Numbered from the stretch's first letter, positions 26,821 through 36,370 are shown. The stretch: 36,370 nucleotides of DNA from an uncultured Fidelibacterota bacterium (GCA_913040915.1 CAJWHW010000022.1:1-36370); one strand, 5' to 3'. A program made the numbers and translations. The notes: generated from the letters alone by a model not told the origin.

Positions 26821-27303
26821 TTACCGAAGTTCTTTTGGCTTTTTAAAAAAGTTTAGTCTCCCGCAGCCGCTTTTGACTGTCGCCCAGGAATCTTTAACAG
26901 TAATATTTGCCAGGGCGCAGGTAGGAAATTTTGTCAGGTGTTTTGATATTAGATATTCTGTTAGTGAATGCATGGAAGGATTATGTCCCACAAACATGAC
27001 AGATTTTAGGCCAACATCAAGATCGTAAATCTGCTGTAGGATATCCTCCACACTTGCAATATATAAGCTCTTCTCAAAAATAACATCCGGTTTATCTGAT
27101 CCGAAAAAATGTTCGATAGTTTCAGTGGTTCTTTTAGATGGACTTGAGATAACTACATCGAGTTTAATATTTTTGGATTGAAATAATTCTCCCATCAAAC
27201 TGGCATCTCGAATACCTCTGACTGCCAGAGGTCGGTCAAAATCCTGTAATAAGAATTCATCCCAACTTGATTTAGCGTGTCTCAATAAATATAAATTCCG
27301 CAT
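26821..27303 (-). CDS. sixA: Histidine phosphatase, SixA family
   Basis: LLRHAKS, DRPL..RG, SSP..RT and VGHNP motifs. Confidence 0.88.
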   Translation of the reverse strand: MRNLYLLRHAKSSWDEFLLQDFDRPLAVRGIRDASLMGELFQSKNIKLDVVISSPSKRTTETIEHFFGSDKPDVIFEKSLYIASVEDILQQIYDLDVGLKSVMFVGHNPSMHSLTEYLISKHLTKFPTCALANITVKDSWATVKSGCGRLNFFKKPKELR

Positions 27304-27480
27304 TGATTGGTTTTGTTTTGAAGCGGTTGCCTATACTATAGTCTATCAATTTTTAAAAGAAGGATTATGAGCAATCTAATTTTATTCCCTATATTGAAGA
27401 ACAGGACTTGTGGCAATTGAATCAATTTTCAGACTAATGATTTTGTAAAAAATAAATGAAAAACGAACCAGCCTGAGATC

Positions 27481-28266
27481 TTATAATATTTCAGGTACAT
27501 ATTTGTAATTCGATCGGGGCGGACGCTCATAATTCTTTTGCTGAATTCGATCAGGCAGCACAACTTCAGGACATTCTATTTCTTCATAATTTACTATACT
27601 TAGAAAATGGCTAATGCAGTTTACCCTTGCTTTCTTTTTATTATCAGATTCAACTACATACCATGGGCAGAAATGGGTATCCGTATGTTCGAACATATTA
27701 TCCTTTGCTTTTGAGTATTCATCCCAGCGATTCACTGATTCTAGATCCATGGGGCTTAATTTCCAGCCTTTTGTAGGATCTGCGGCACGGGCTTTGAATC
27801 TTTTCATTTGTTCTTCTGCACTAACTGAGAACCAATACTTGATCAACTGAGTGCCTGAGCTAATAACCATTCGTTCGAATTCTGGACAGGTTTGTAAAAA
27901 GTTTACGTACTGTTTTTCTGTACAGAAGCCCATAACCCTTTCAACTCCTCCCCGATTATACCAGCTTCGGTCAAATATAACTATCTCCCCTGCGGCAGGA
28001 AGATGGGTAATATACCTTTGGTAATACCATTGTGTTTTTTCACGTTCTGTAGGTGCAGCAAGAGCTACAATCTTACAATGCCTAGGGTTTAAATGTTCGG
28101 TAATTCGTTTTATGGTACCTCCTTTACCGGCAGCATCGCGTCCCTCAAAAATAATAGCAATTTTTTTACCGGTTTCTATAACCCAATCTTGTAGTTTTAC
28201 CAATTCGATCTGAAGTTCCTGCAGTTGAGTTCCATATCGTTTGTTGAATTCCTTCTTATCACTCAT
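27481..28266 (-). CDS. ppk2: Polyphosphate kinase 2 (class I, single domain)
   Basis: FEGRDAAGKGG, FDRSWYNR.GVE.VMGF and WKLSPMD motifs. Confidence 0.96.
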   Translation of the reverse strand: MSDKKEFNKRYGTQLQELQIELVKLQDWVIETGKKIAIIFEGRDAAGKGGTIKRITEHLNPRHCKIVALAAPTEREKTQWYYQRYITHLPAAGEIVIFDRSWYNRGGVERVMGFCTEKQYVNFLQTCPEFERMVISSGTQLIKYWFSVSAEEQMKRFKARAADPTKGWKLSPMDLESVNRWDEYSKAKDNMFEHTDTHFCPWYVVESDNKKKARVNCISHFLSIVNYEEIECPEVVLPDRIQQKNYERPPRSNYKYVPEIL

Positions 28267-28451
28267 ATAAATATTCTTCTTTTTTTAACTGATGATAAAA
28301 TATCTGTTTAATCTTTTATAAGATTGTCGTAATTAATCTAACGAAATTACTTCAAACAAAAAATACAACTTACATTACACCTAGGATATATAGTATATAA
28401 CCTCGAATGCTTCTGTTAACCAGTCCCATCAAGATATTTAGTAATGAATAG

Positions 28452-29189
28452 CTATTTATTTTTTTCATTATCAATTCTATTTATAATGAACTCAATCATA
28501 CGGTCTTCCCCTTTTTCTGAATTGTATTCTGATCGAAGGTTATGGCCAAAAAGCCTAGCGGCTAACTGCCAAAATCCAGCACTTAAAATATTTCTAAAAT
28601 CTTTTATTATGGTATAAGATGTTCTACTAGTTTCCCTGTCAACTAATCTAATTAATATCCTTCCCTGGCTCTTTGTTAGTTTTCTCATGGAAAGACCATA
28701 TTTTGATATTAATTCTTTTTCAATTTTTGAGAATATTTTTCTCTTTTTCTGATATCTGATTAAACCTGAATACTGATCGAGGCTATCTATTATATTATCA
28801 TATTCAATAAGTAAATTTGATATTTTCTTGGCATAGGGATAAACTTTTCTAACATTTTTTTCTAATCTTATATACCTTTTTCTTGATTTATTATTTTTTC
28901 CTATAACACGAACAAGTTCCATTGGAATTGATTCATTTTCTAAATATACTATTTTCGTTACTTCGCTATATGGTAAAGTGATAACTCTGTAACCAATTAA
29001 TGAAAAAGTAATTCGATCATTCTTTTCAAATATATTCAAATTACAAATGCCGTTATTATCTGTTGTTGCCCCTTTCTGATTAGAATAAACATTAACATTT
29101 TCAAGTGGTTTACTTGTTTGCGCATCTCGTATAATTATTGTTTGTCCCGGAACAACTGAAATGATGAAAAAGAAAATTAAAAGGGACAT
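28452..29189 (-). CDS. DUF4294-like protein with N-terminal carboxypeptidase-regulatory-like domain
   Basis: KVYPYAK, LTKSQGRILIRLVDRET, AGFWQ and EDRMIE motifs. Confidence 0.8.
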   Translation of the reverse strand: MSLLIFFFIISVVPGQTIIIRDAQTSKPLENVNVYSNQKGATTDNNGICNLNIFEKNDRITFSLIGYRVITLPYSEVTKIVYLENESIPMELVRVIGKNNKSRKRYIRLEKNVRKVYPYAKKISNLLIEYDNIIDSLDQYSGLIRYQKKRKIFSKIEKELISKYGLSMRKLTKSQGRILIRLVDRETSRTSYTIIKDFRNILSAGFWQLAARLFGHNLRSEYNSEKGEDRMIEFIINRIDNEKNK

Positions 29190-29265
29190 CTTAGCTAAAA
29201 GGAACAGCTTATTTCTAAATACATTGAGTTAATCTCTTTATTCAATACCCATCAGTCCACAAAGA

Positions 29266-29289
29266 AAAACCCCACAAATGTGGGGTTTT
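29266..29289 (-). terminator. Intrinsic terminator, repeated family copy B
   Basis: AAAACCCCAC-AAAT-GTGGGGTTTT, about 20 bp after the stop of the M12B gene. Confidence 0.88.
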
Positions 29290-29310
29290 ATTATAAATAA
29301 TAAATTAAAC

Positions 29311-32300
29311 CTATTTTAATAAAACCATTTTTCTAACTTTCTCAAAATTACCTGCACGGAGTTTGTAAAAATACATTCCTGTACTCACATCATTACCAAA
29401 TTTATCTGTCCCATTCCAGATAATGGATTTATAACCGGGATCCTGGTATGTATCCACAAGAGTTGCTATTTCATGGCCTAGAATATCATATATAGCTAAA
29501 TGAACCCTCCCAGCGATGGGAATACTGTATTCCAGATAAGTTGATGGATTAAATGGGTTGGGATAGTTTTGACTTAAACTGAATACCAATGGCAGTGCTA
29601 AGTTATCTTTTATAGAAAGAGCTTCATCTACTGTTAAATATAAACTCACTGTATCTTTTTCATCTGTATTCATACTCTGTACTACAACTTTTGATTCATA
29701 AACTGCGGGTTCCAAATCAATGGCATTAATTGAAATATCGAACTCTGATGTTTCCATATAATTAATATACCCGGAACCTTCCGAGCTGATCCATGTTGGT
29801 ATTACTCCTAATCGTATATCGTCCAGAGCTACGCCCGAAGCCCAATTACCATTATCATTGGAATGAAATGCTAAATCAACAATATCACCAGCATATGCAT
29901 TTAAGTTTATTGTCTCTTCTATCCATTCTTCATCATTGCCCTCCCAATAGCCTAGATTTAAGAGTTCAGTTGAAGTCTCCCAATTATCTGTTGTAATTAG
30001 TACATGAAAACTTTGGCTGAAACCCGCTGTGAAGTACCTCAAAAATGATAAACTTATATGCGCATCTGGTAATTGGATAGGACCAGTAAAAAGCATATCA
30101 TTTGAACCATCACTATTGCAGGCATCATCATTCGTAGCAATGTAGTAACCATCACCAGCAGGAATATTGAAATAGGTAGTTGATGCATTATCAGAAATGA
30201 ACCAGCCCGGGTTTTCACAATCGGCGTTTGTAACAGTACTCCAACCAACAGGAAGAAAACCATCATCAAAACCAATATCGAATTGAAAATCAGTTCCCAT
30301 ATACGACTGGTAACTAAGTACAGAACCTTCTTCACCGTTATTGGTTATACCGATAGAAATCGTTGACAAACTATCATTAGGCAAATTCATTTCAATCATT
30401 TCATCTGATAGTAAGATAGAAGGTACATTTGCATTTTGAATATTTATTTTTCCATTATTGATATCAAAAAATATATTATCTGATGCACGAATCATTAATC
30501 TGGTAGAATCTGTAGGTATAGTTGGTGGAATCGTAAAAGTGTATGATCCGGTATTTGGGATAGATTCAGCGATAATAAAATTAAAATTTCCATCCCCATT
30601 TAAAGAAAGTAAAATATCAACAGCTTGGCAGTTTACGCCATTAGGATTATCTGTATTAGCAACATCCCATGTTATAGTCTCATCCGAGCCAACTTCCCAT
30701 ACAGTAGAGTCTGATTGTGATGTTATTCTAAATGGTCCTGCTGTGCCATCAACGAAAAATTTAAGATTTTTATGATTTAGAGTGCCTGCAAAAGGATCAT
30801 TTGTTCTCACAACAAGTCGCATATTCATTTCTCTTGTTGCAAAAGGTAGTTTTTCTACAATCTGATTTATACCCGTGTATATATCAATACCATATTTTTC
30901 ATATTCATTATCTAATAATACTTCCATATCTGGGAAAACTCTTTTATATCCATTAGAGTGAGGGGTAATTGGTGTGGATAATGCACCTTGGTCTGGTAAG
31001 AGGAATGGAACATCAGTACTGTTTGGATCTGCCGAATAAGGTTCATCAGCGCTGTCATTGGATTCCCAGTTATATGTATAGCTATCATCGATGGGCTCAC
31101 TGCTACCCTCTAATATATAAGGGGTTTCAATGGGTATAGTAAAACCGCTCGCAGGTAACAAAAGTTCTGGAATGATATTGTTTGTTAATTCTTCGCTGTA
31201 GCCATTATGGTACCACCAATTACCGTAAGGCCCAGTGGTCTCCTGATAATTCAAGGCATATTCTGTGCTATGAGTGGAGAACATATTAAAAGTTTCATTG
31301 ACCCTGTGAGCCATAATTGTACCGCCAATTGATGTTCGAATTCCACCTTCACCACAATAATTGTGAGGGGAACCAAAATTGTGCATGACCTCATGAGAGA
31401 AAACCCACATGTCCGGTACCTGTGCAGAAGTTGGGCCAGGACAATATGCAAGGCCACCAGGGTGTCCATTATCAAATAATGCGCCATAATCCCACACTCT
31501 CACTTCATCTTCTGCATTCCAACCACCAGGGCCAATCCTTGCATCCAGTACTGAATCGACCACATTAAGTTCACAGCCAAGTGTTTCCCATGGGCCACCA
31601 CAATCTTGATTAAAAACGTCAGGTGCAGGGTTATTATCAGTGAAAATCAATTCATCGTTATTCTCAACTATTTGTAATTGAAAAGTCACATCACGTATAT
31701 ACATTGCATTTACATAGGCTACAGAACCAACCAGCCATGTTAATCCACCTTCTACGGTGCCATCAGCGTCTGAATTATTAACAGATTCAGTTATCATGGC
31801 TGCAAATCTGTAAGTTACTAGTTCTACCCCGGCAGGATAACACGGATCTTCGGTACCAAGACATTCTGGAAACTCCCTAGATTGATTTAATTGATTATTA
31901 AATGGCTTACAAAGAAGATCCTGAGAGTTTTTTGTTTCGCTGTACACAAGCAATTCATTGTTTTCAGAAAATAGATTAAATGATTTGAAATGTGATGTTC
32001 CATCATCAGATTCTACTGAACCTATAATTATATCATCATTTATTACAATTGTAGCTCTATAAGCAGGGTTTTCAACACCTACGCCCACAAAAGTACCTAT
32101 ATTGGGGTAGCGTTTAGCCAGATTAGGATGCATTATACTATTCTTATAAAATGTAAATTTGGTTTTTTCCCCTGAAAAAGTTGGCATAACCAAAATACTT
32201 TTTGAAGTTACCCTTTCAGACGTTTGCGGTGCAAAATTCAAAACTTCTAAAAGGTTCTCAAGTTCCAGCCTGTAGATTGCACCATCTTCATTTACCCCTT

Positions 32301-32400
32301 TTGAAGACCAGTAATCCTGGTAAAGAGGTTCTGCAAATAATTGCGAAAAAACTAAAATTGTATAAAATAATGTATTTAATAAAATGGTTCTAAAATTCAT
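29311..32400 (-). CDS. Secreted reprolysin-like (M12B) zinc metallopeptidase with cleaved-adhesin-like domain and T9SS/FlgD-like C-terminal domain
   Basis: HEVMHNFGSPH zinc motif, TIM Met-turn, AGPFRITS, WDVANT and NIFFDI motifs, ALDDI adhesin end, NYPNPFNP...KMVLLK; ATG at 32400 has GGAG upstream. Confidence 0.9.
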   Translation of the reverse strand: MNFRTILLNTLFYTILVFSQLFAEPLYQDYWSSKGVNEDGAIYRLELENLLEVLNFAPQTSERVTSKSILVMPTFSGEKTKFTFYKNSIMHPNLAKRYPNIGTFVGVGVENPAYRATIVINDDIIIGSVESDDGTSHFKSFNLFSENNELLVYSETKNSQDLLCKPFNNQLNQSREFPECLGTEDPCYPAGVELVTYRFAAMITESVNNSDADGTVEGGLTWLVGSVAYVNAMYIRDVTFQLQIVENNDELIFTDNNPAPDVFNQDCGGPWETLGCELNVVDSVLDARIGPGGWNAEDEVRVWDYGALFDNGHPGGLAYCPGPTSAQVPDMWVFSHEVMHNFGSPHNYCGEGGIRTSIGGTIMAHRVNETFNMFSTHSTEYALNYQETTGPYGNWWYHNGYSEELTNNIIPELLLPASGFTIPIETPYILEGSSEPIDDSYTYNWESNDSADEPYSADPNSTDVPFLLPDQGALSTPITPHSNGYKRVFPDMEVLLDNEYEKYGIDIYTGINQIVEKLPFATREMNMRLVVRTNDPFAGTLNHKNLKFFVDGTAGPFRITSQSDSTVWEVGSDETITWDVANTDNPNGVNCQAVDILLSLNGDGNFNFIIAESIPNTGSYTFTIPPTIPTDSTRLMIRASDNIFFDINNGKINIQNANVPSILLSDEMIEMNLPNDSLSTISIGITNNGEEGSVLSYQSYMGTDFQFDIGFDDGFLPVGWSTVTNADCENPGWFISDNASTTYFNIPAGDGYYIATNDDACNSDGSNDMLFTGPIQLPDAHISLSFLRYFTAGFSQSFHVLITTDNWETSTELLNLGYWEGNDEEWIEETINLNAYAGDIVDLAFHSNDNGNWASGVALDDIRLGVIPTWISSEGSGYINYMETSEFDISINAIDLEPAVYESKVVVQSMNTDEKDTVSLYLTVDEALSIKDNLALPLVFSLSQNYPNPFNPSTYLEYSIPIAGRVHLAIYDILGHEIATLVDTYQDPGYKSIIWNGTDKFGNDVSTGMYFYKLRAGNFEKVRKMVLLK

Positions 32401-32483
32401 TGTTTTGATTATCTCCAAATAATTTTTGACCTTTAAATGTAATCAATTCAACCAGTTAATATTTTATTGATTGTTCGCATTAT

Positions 32484-32858
32484 TTAACCCAATGCAGAAT
32501 AATAAGCTATAATAGTAAGAAATAAAAAGATAACCATGGGCGGGATTGGTAGTTCATTGCTAAACCCTCTCAGTTTTCCAGATATTAAAGATAGATTTAC
32601 TATGATGAATCCTGTACCCAGAGACAACAAAACTGTACTGGAATATTCCGGTGGCAAGTTTCTGCAGTAAATTGCTACCATACCTAAGGCTAACCCTAGA
32701 CCACCATTGGCTGAACGGAATAAAGCTGAAATATTAACTGCTTCTGTTGGTAGGTCATTCATAGTTTTCTCATTAACAACTTTTGGTATTACTATAAAAA
32801 TCACCCCGATTAAGGATAATACAGATCCAATAATTGTTAATGCTAAACTAGTATCCAT
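32484..32858 (-). CDS. Hypothetical four-TM membrane protein
   Basis: 124 aa, four hydrophobic segments, GGAG RBS. Confidence 0.75.
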   Translation of the reverse strand: MDTSLALTIIGSVLSLIGVIFIVIPKVVNEKTMNDLPTEAVNISALFRSANGGLGLALGMVAIYCRNLPPEYSSTVLLSLGTGFIIVNLSLISGKLRGFSNELPIPPMVIFLFLTIIAYYSALG

Positions 32859-32906
32859 TCTTTGACTCCATATTTATATATGTATATAAAATTATCATAC
32901 AAACAA

Positions 32907-32930
32907 AAAACCCCACAAATGTAGGGTTTT
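32907..32930 (-). terminator. Intrinsic terminator, repeated family copy C
   Basis: AAAACCCCAC-AAAT-GTAGGGTTTT; the single variant is a G-U pair on the minus strand. Confidence 0.82.
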
Positions 32931-32955
32931 AAGATTTATTATATTGATTATAAAG

Positions 32956-33252
32956 TTAGATCGATTCAACTTTTTTTTCTGTTTGAATTTCAACTTTATA
33001 AGAAGTTTTCTTCTTCAAAACAGCGACAATTTCTTTGGAGTTTAATTTCTTATCATCAAAAACGATAGTAGCGGTGTTATTTGCAAAATCAACTTCACAA
33101 TCTTTAACACCTTTTATATTTTCGACTACTTTTGTTACTTTATCAGCACAAGAATATGCGCACTGCATACCTGCAATTTTTAGATTTACTTTATCATCTT
33201 TTGCGATTACAAAAGATAATAATGCAACAAATATGAAAGTGATTTTATTCAT
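32956..33252 (-). CDS. Exported heavy-metal-associated (HMA) domain protein, MerP/CopZ-like
   Basis: Signal peptide; LKIAGMQCAYSC and IKGVKDCEVDF motifs; AAGGA RBS. Confidence 0.88.
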   Translation of the reverse strand: MNKITFIFVALLSFVIAKDDKVNLKIAGMQCAYSCADKVTKVVENIKGVKDCEVDFANNTATIVFDDKKLNSKEIVAVLKKKTSYKVEIQTEKKVESI

Positions 33253-33364
33253 TTTATTAAATCCTTACATTAGGTTAGAAAAGAATATAGCCATACTGAG
33301 TTTCTTAGTGCCAACAGTTTAAAAATAATTATTGAATTTTTTTAACCATTACTTTTAATTCAAT

Positions 33365-33847
33365 CTAAAAATACTCCCATTGAACAATTTTACCATCCCT
33401 GAAAACCTTTTCATACATTTTTTGTCCATTTCTATACCAACCAGTCCACTTCCCATCCTGTTTCCCATCTTTAAATCTTCCTTCATACATTTTTTGTCCA
33501 TCTTTATACCAATAAGTTGCCATCCCATTTTTGTACTCACCAGTATATTTTGTTCCATCCGGAAAAATAATTCTGATCTCGCCTTCTGGTATCCCATTTT
33601 TGTACTCACCAGTATATTTTGTTCCATCTGGAAAAGTAATTTTAGCTTGTCCATAAGGTAATCCATCTTTGAATTGCCCTTCCCATTTTTGACCATTTGA
33701 GATAGAAATTAGTCCTTTTCCGTCATAATTGCCTTCTTGATTTTTTTCACCATCATAGGTTAATTCTGGAGCAGATGAACAACTTATTAAGAATAAGTTA
33801 ATTAACATAAGACATCTAACTATTATTAAATAAATGTTGATTTCCAT
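33365..33847 (-). CDS. MORN-repeat (YwqK-like) lipoprotein
   Basis: Repeats FPDGTKYTGEYKNG x2 and W.Y..GQKMYE x2; lipobox LISC (true start may be a later Met). Confidence 0.85.
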   Translation of the reverse strand: MEINIYLIIVRCLMLINLFLISCSSAPELTYDGEKNQEGNYDGKGLISISNGQKWEGQFKDGLPYGQAKITFPDGTKYTGEYKNGIPEGEIRIIFPDGTKYTGEYKNGMATYWYKDGQKMYEGRFKDGKQDGKWTGWYRNGQKMYEKVFRDGKIVQWEYF

Positions 33848-33981
33848 TTTATAATTTAAAAAATGATATAAATACTCTATTAATCTTTCTATATATTTAG
33901 AATTATAGACTTCTTATCACAAACCCAAGGAAAGGTGAAAAAATAACCATACTTAAATTTAGCCATCATCCAACAAATAAA

Positions 33982-34023
33982 AAACTCCACGAATCTGCTT
34001 AAAGCGGAAATGGTCTGGAGTTT
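33982..34023 (-). terminator. Probable terminator downstream of the sulfatase (diverged family member)
   Basis: AAACTCCA...TGGAGTTT with inner TCTGC/GCGGA stem; A-tract on the left. Confidence 0.55.
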
Positions 34024-34062
34024 AATGTTCTAAATAGGGTAAAGCTCTTAGATAAAAACCAT

Positions 34063-35712
34063 TTACTTTACACTCATCATTTGTGCAGAAGTCTCTCTCC
34101 GCCATTCTTTTAGTAAAGAAAGCAATTCAGCAGCTTTTTCAGGCTCTGATTTGGATAAATCATTTTGTTCGCCAATATCATCTTTAAGATTAAATAGTTG
34201 AATACTATTATTTTCAAAATATTCGATTAATTTATAATCTCCAAGCCTGATTGCTCCACCGGGACTTTGCATGCCATGATTACTGTAGTGCGGAAAATGC
34301 CAATAAATTGCACCACGATTATATTGTTTATTATCTAAAGCATTTACAAAACTCTTGCCATCAATATTTTCTAAAGAATTAGATTCTAAACCGAGCATTT
34401 CTAAAATAGTAGGATAAAAATCTGTGCTAATCACTTGTTTTTCACTGATATGGCCTCTTTTTACTCTTCCAGGCCATTTTACAATTAATGGTACCCTGAT
34501 ACCTCCCTCATAAAGCCAGCCTTTTGCACCTCGCAGCGGCAAATTTGAAGTAGAAAAAGCTTTATCTAATTGAGTCGGAGAAATCTGTCGTGTTGGTCTG
34601 CCAAAATTTGCTGCTGACATTCCTCCATTATCAGAAAAAAATATTATGATTGTATTTTCATCTAGATCTAATGCTTCTAATTTTTTTATTACACGTCCAA
34701 GATTTTCATCCACTGCTTCTACCATGGCTGCAAAATGAACATTGTCCTGCCTTTGTTTTATTTTTACTGTTCGCTGCGGTAAAACCTTAAAATCTTTATG
34801 GGATGGTTGCTTGATTAAATTATCTAATTCACTTTTGGACAATGGATTTGGATCATCGGGATTACCTTCAAGAATGAAATCAGGATTATTTGGTGTAGAT
34901 TGTTTATCTAATTTTTTCTGATATTTTTCAACTAAATCTTTTCTTCCCTGAATAGGATCATGAACCGAAAAAAGAGAGAGATAAAGGAAAAAAGGTTCTT
35001 TTGTATTTTGGTCAATAAACTTTAATGCTTCATCGGTCAAACGATCGGTTAAATACCCATCCTTCCCATCATTATCATTAATCCCATCTAATTTAAAAGG
35101 CGCATAATATCCTGCTTTAGGCCAACCCTTACCCCACCCTTTTGGAATATGTAAATCAAAACCATGTGAAAGGGGACCTGATGGATCTTCTCCTAAATAA
35201 TCCATGGACCAATTATTCTTGGTCCATTGATCCTCTCCTAAATGCCATTTCCCAAATATAGCGGTTTTGTAACCATTTGATTTTAATTCTTCCGCTATAG
35301 TTATCTCTTCAAAAGGTAGATGCTGATAAAATTTTGCACTTTTTAACTTTTCATAATCATATTCTGTCCGAGGTAGAAGCCAACTCCTACCCGGCAACCA
35401 ATCTGTGAGTTGTAACCGAGCTGGATATTTACCTGTTAAAATGCTTGCTCTTGTAGGAGAACAAACATGGGAAGCCGCATAAGCTTGGGTAAACCTTACC
35501 CCATCTTTGGCTAATTGATCTATATTTGGTGTCTCATAATAACTACTGCCATAGATTGCTACATCACTCCAACCTAAGTCATCTACCAAAAAAAGGATAA
35601 TATTCGGTTGCTTTTTATCGCCACTACAGCTTATCAAGACAATCGATGAAAATAATAAAATTTTAATAAGGCAATTTATTTTGCTATTGCTGAAACTACT
35701 AGTAAGTAACAT
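34063..35712 (-). CDS. Sulfatase (S1, Cys-type), probable lipoprotein
   Basis: PNIILFLVDDLG, CSPTRASILTG, GKWHLG, SDNGG and LYEGGIRVP motifs. Confidence 0.96.
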   Translation of the reverse strand: MLLTSSFSNSKINCLIKILLFSSIVLISCSGDKKQPNIILFLVDDLGWSDVAIYGSSYYETPNIDQLAKDGVRFTQAYAASHVCSPTRASILTGKYPARLQLTDWLPGRSWLLPRTEYDYEKLKSAKFYQHLPFEEITIAEELKSNGYKTAIFGKWHLGEDQWTKNNWSMDYLGEDPSGPLSHGFDLHIPKGWGKGWPKAGYYAPFKLDGINDNDGKDGYLTDRLTDEALKFIDQNTKEPFFLYLSLFSVHDPIQGRKDLVEKYQKKLDKQSTPNNPDFILEGNPDDPNPLSKSELDNLIKQPSHKDFKVLPQRTVKIKQRQDNVHFAAMVEAVDENLGRVIKKLEALDLDENTIIIFFSDNGGMSAANFGRPTRQISPTQLDKAFSTSNLPLRGAKGWLYEGGIRVPLIVKWPGRVKRGHISEKQVISTDFYPTILEMLGLESNSLENIDGKSFVNALDNKQYNRGAIYWHFPHYSNHGMQSPGGAIRLGDYKLIEYFENNSIQLFNLKDDIGEQNDLSKSEPEKAAELLSLLKEWRRETSAQMMSVK

Positions 35713-35808
35713 CGAGATAAAATTCTTTTAATGCTTGATTTTTAAAACTATACTAAAATGATTGAAATAATCTTTAGTTATTTAATATTGGTTTAAAGTA
35801 AAAAGCGT

Positions 35809-36370
35809 TTATTCACAATTATCAGTGTCTTGAACCCCTAAGTATTCTTCAATGCAGGTTGGATATGGGGAACAGAGCTTATTGTTAGATAAGTTGAAAA
35901 TCAATGAATCGCCCCAATCAAAATTCAGATCGCACAGGGAAGATTCTATTTCTCCTGTAACTGTATTATAAGCTTCAGGTACGCCTGTGAATTGATTATC
36001 ATTTAAATGTAGTTTAGTTAAATAATTGAGGTTTCCTATCTCTGGTGGTATATCTCCTGTGAACTGGTTATGGTCCAGGTAAATATTGATTAAATTGCTT
36101 ATATCACCTAACCCAGGTCCAGGTTCGGCTCCTCCATCTTCATCACCTTTTGGAATCTCACCAGTGATTTGATTGTGCGATAAATCTAAATGAATTAAAC
36201 TCGCTAAGCGCCACATCAGAACATCAATTTCTCCAGAAAGTTGGTTATGTGATAAATCTAAATGAGTCAGTTTATACATACCAGTCTCTAATGCTACGTC
36301 CGAACGAAAACCTATTGTGAATGGGATCTGTCCTGTAAGATTATTATCAGATAAAGTTAAATGGGTTAGA
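35809..36370 (-). CDS. Leucine-rich repeat protein (plant-specific-type LRR), 5' part beyond the window
   Basis: LxxLxLxxNxLxGxIP repeats; the frame stays open to the window end (LTHLTLSDNNLTGQIPF... upstream of the Met at 36279); C-cap NNKLCSPYPTC. Confidence 0.88.
   Translation of the reverse strand, partial: LTHLTLSDNNLTGQIPFTIGFRSDVALETGMYKLTHLDLSHNQLSGEIDVLMWRLASLIHLDLSHNQITGEIPKGDEDGGAEPGPGLGDISNLINIYLDHNQFTGDIPPEIGNLNYLTKLHLNDNQFTGVPEAYNTVTGEIESSLCDLNFDWGDSLIFNLSNNKLCSPYPTCIEEYLGVQDTDNCE

Noticed and set aside
27367..27420. 17-aa + strand ORF with AAGGA upstream between sixA and ppk2
   Set aside because: Too short, no distinguishing features; cannot be supported
256..33696. Short alternative-frame and antisense ORFs in the track (e.g. 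455..682, 7129..7329, 14343..14759, 20461..20829, 30458..30775, 33355..33696)
   Set aside because: They lie inside well-supported CDSs, lack motifs, and look like shadow ORFs
33365..33847. Toxin-antitoxin system (YwqK antitoxin annotation)
   Set aside because: The similarity is due to MORN repeats; no adjacent toxin gene
1..36370. tRNA-anchored genomic island, prophage, CRISPR array, retron or DGR
   Set aside because: No integrase, phage, cas or reverse transcriptase genes; no regularly spaced repeats; no distal copy of the tRNA 3' end noticed

Overview
AT-rich bacterial chromosomal segment. It is probably from an FCB-superphylum marine lineage such as Marinimicrobia/SAR406; this is an inference from the YPNPFNP-type C-terminal sorting domains, a dockerin-tagged enzyme and DUF5916/DUF4294-like genes. 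It begins in the 3' part of tRNA-Arg(UCU) and carries about 36 mostly minus-strand CDSs. These include stress/housekeeping genes (FKBP PPIase, cold-shock protein, msrB, htpG, sixA, ppk2, TlpA), a DASS transporter and many exported proteins (M23 and M12B peptidases, an acidic EF-hand protein, a dockerin nuclease, a sulfatase, lipoproteins, a truncated plant-type LRR protein). No integrase, transposase, CRISPR array or rRNA was seen. The most unusual signal is a diverged ~150-bp non-coding unit present twice in direct orientation, once on each side of htpG (13982-14132 and 16189-16340). Each copy has a CRP-type box, an AT-rich -10-like element, and two hairpins with compensatory changes whose non-Watson-Crick pairs are all G-U on the + strand. 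This suggests a pair of paralogous, possibly undescribed small RNAs antisense to the flanking genes. Other items are a repeated terminator family, missed micro-ORFs and small Cys-rich exported proteins.
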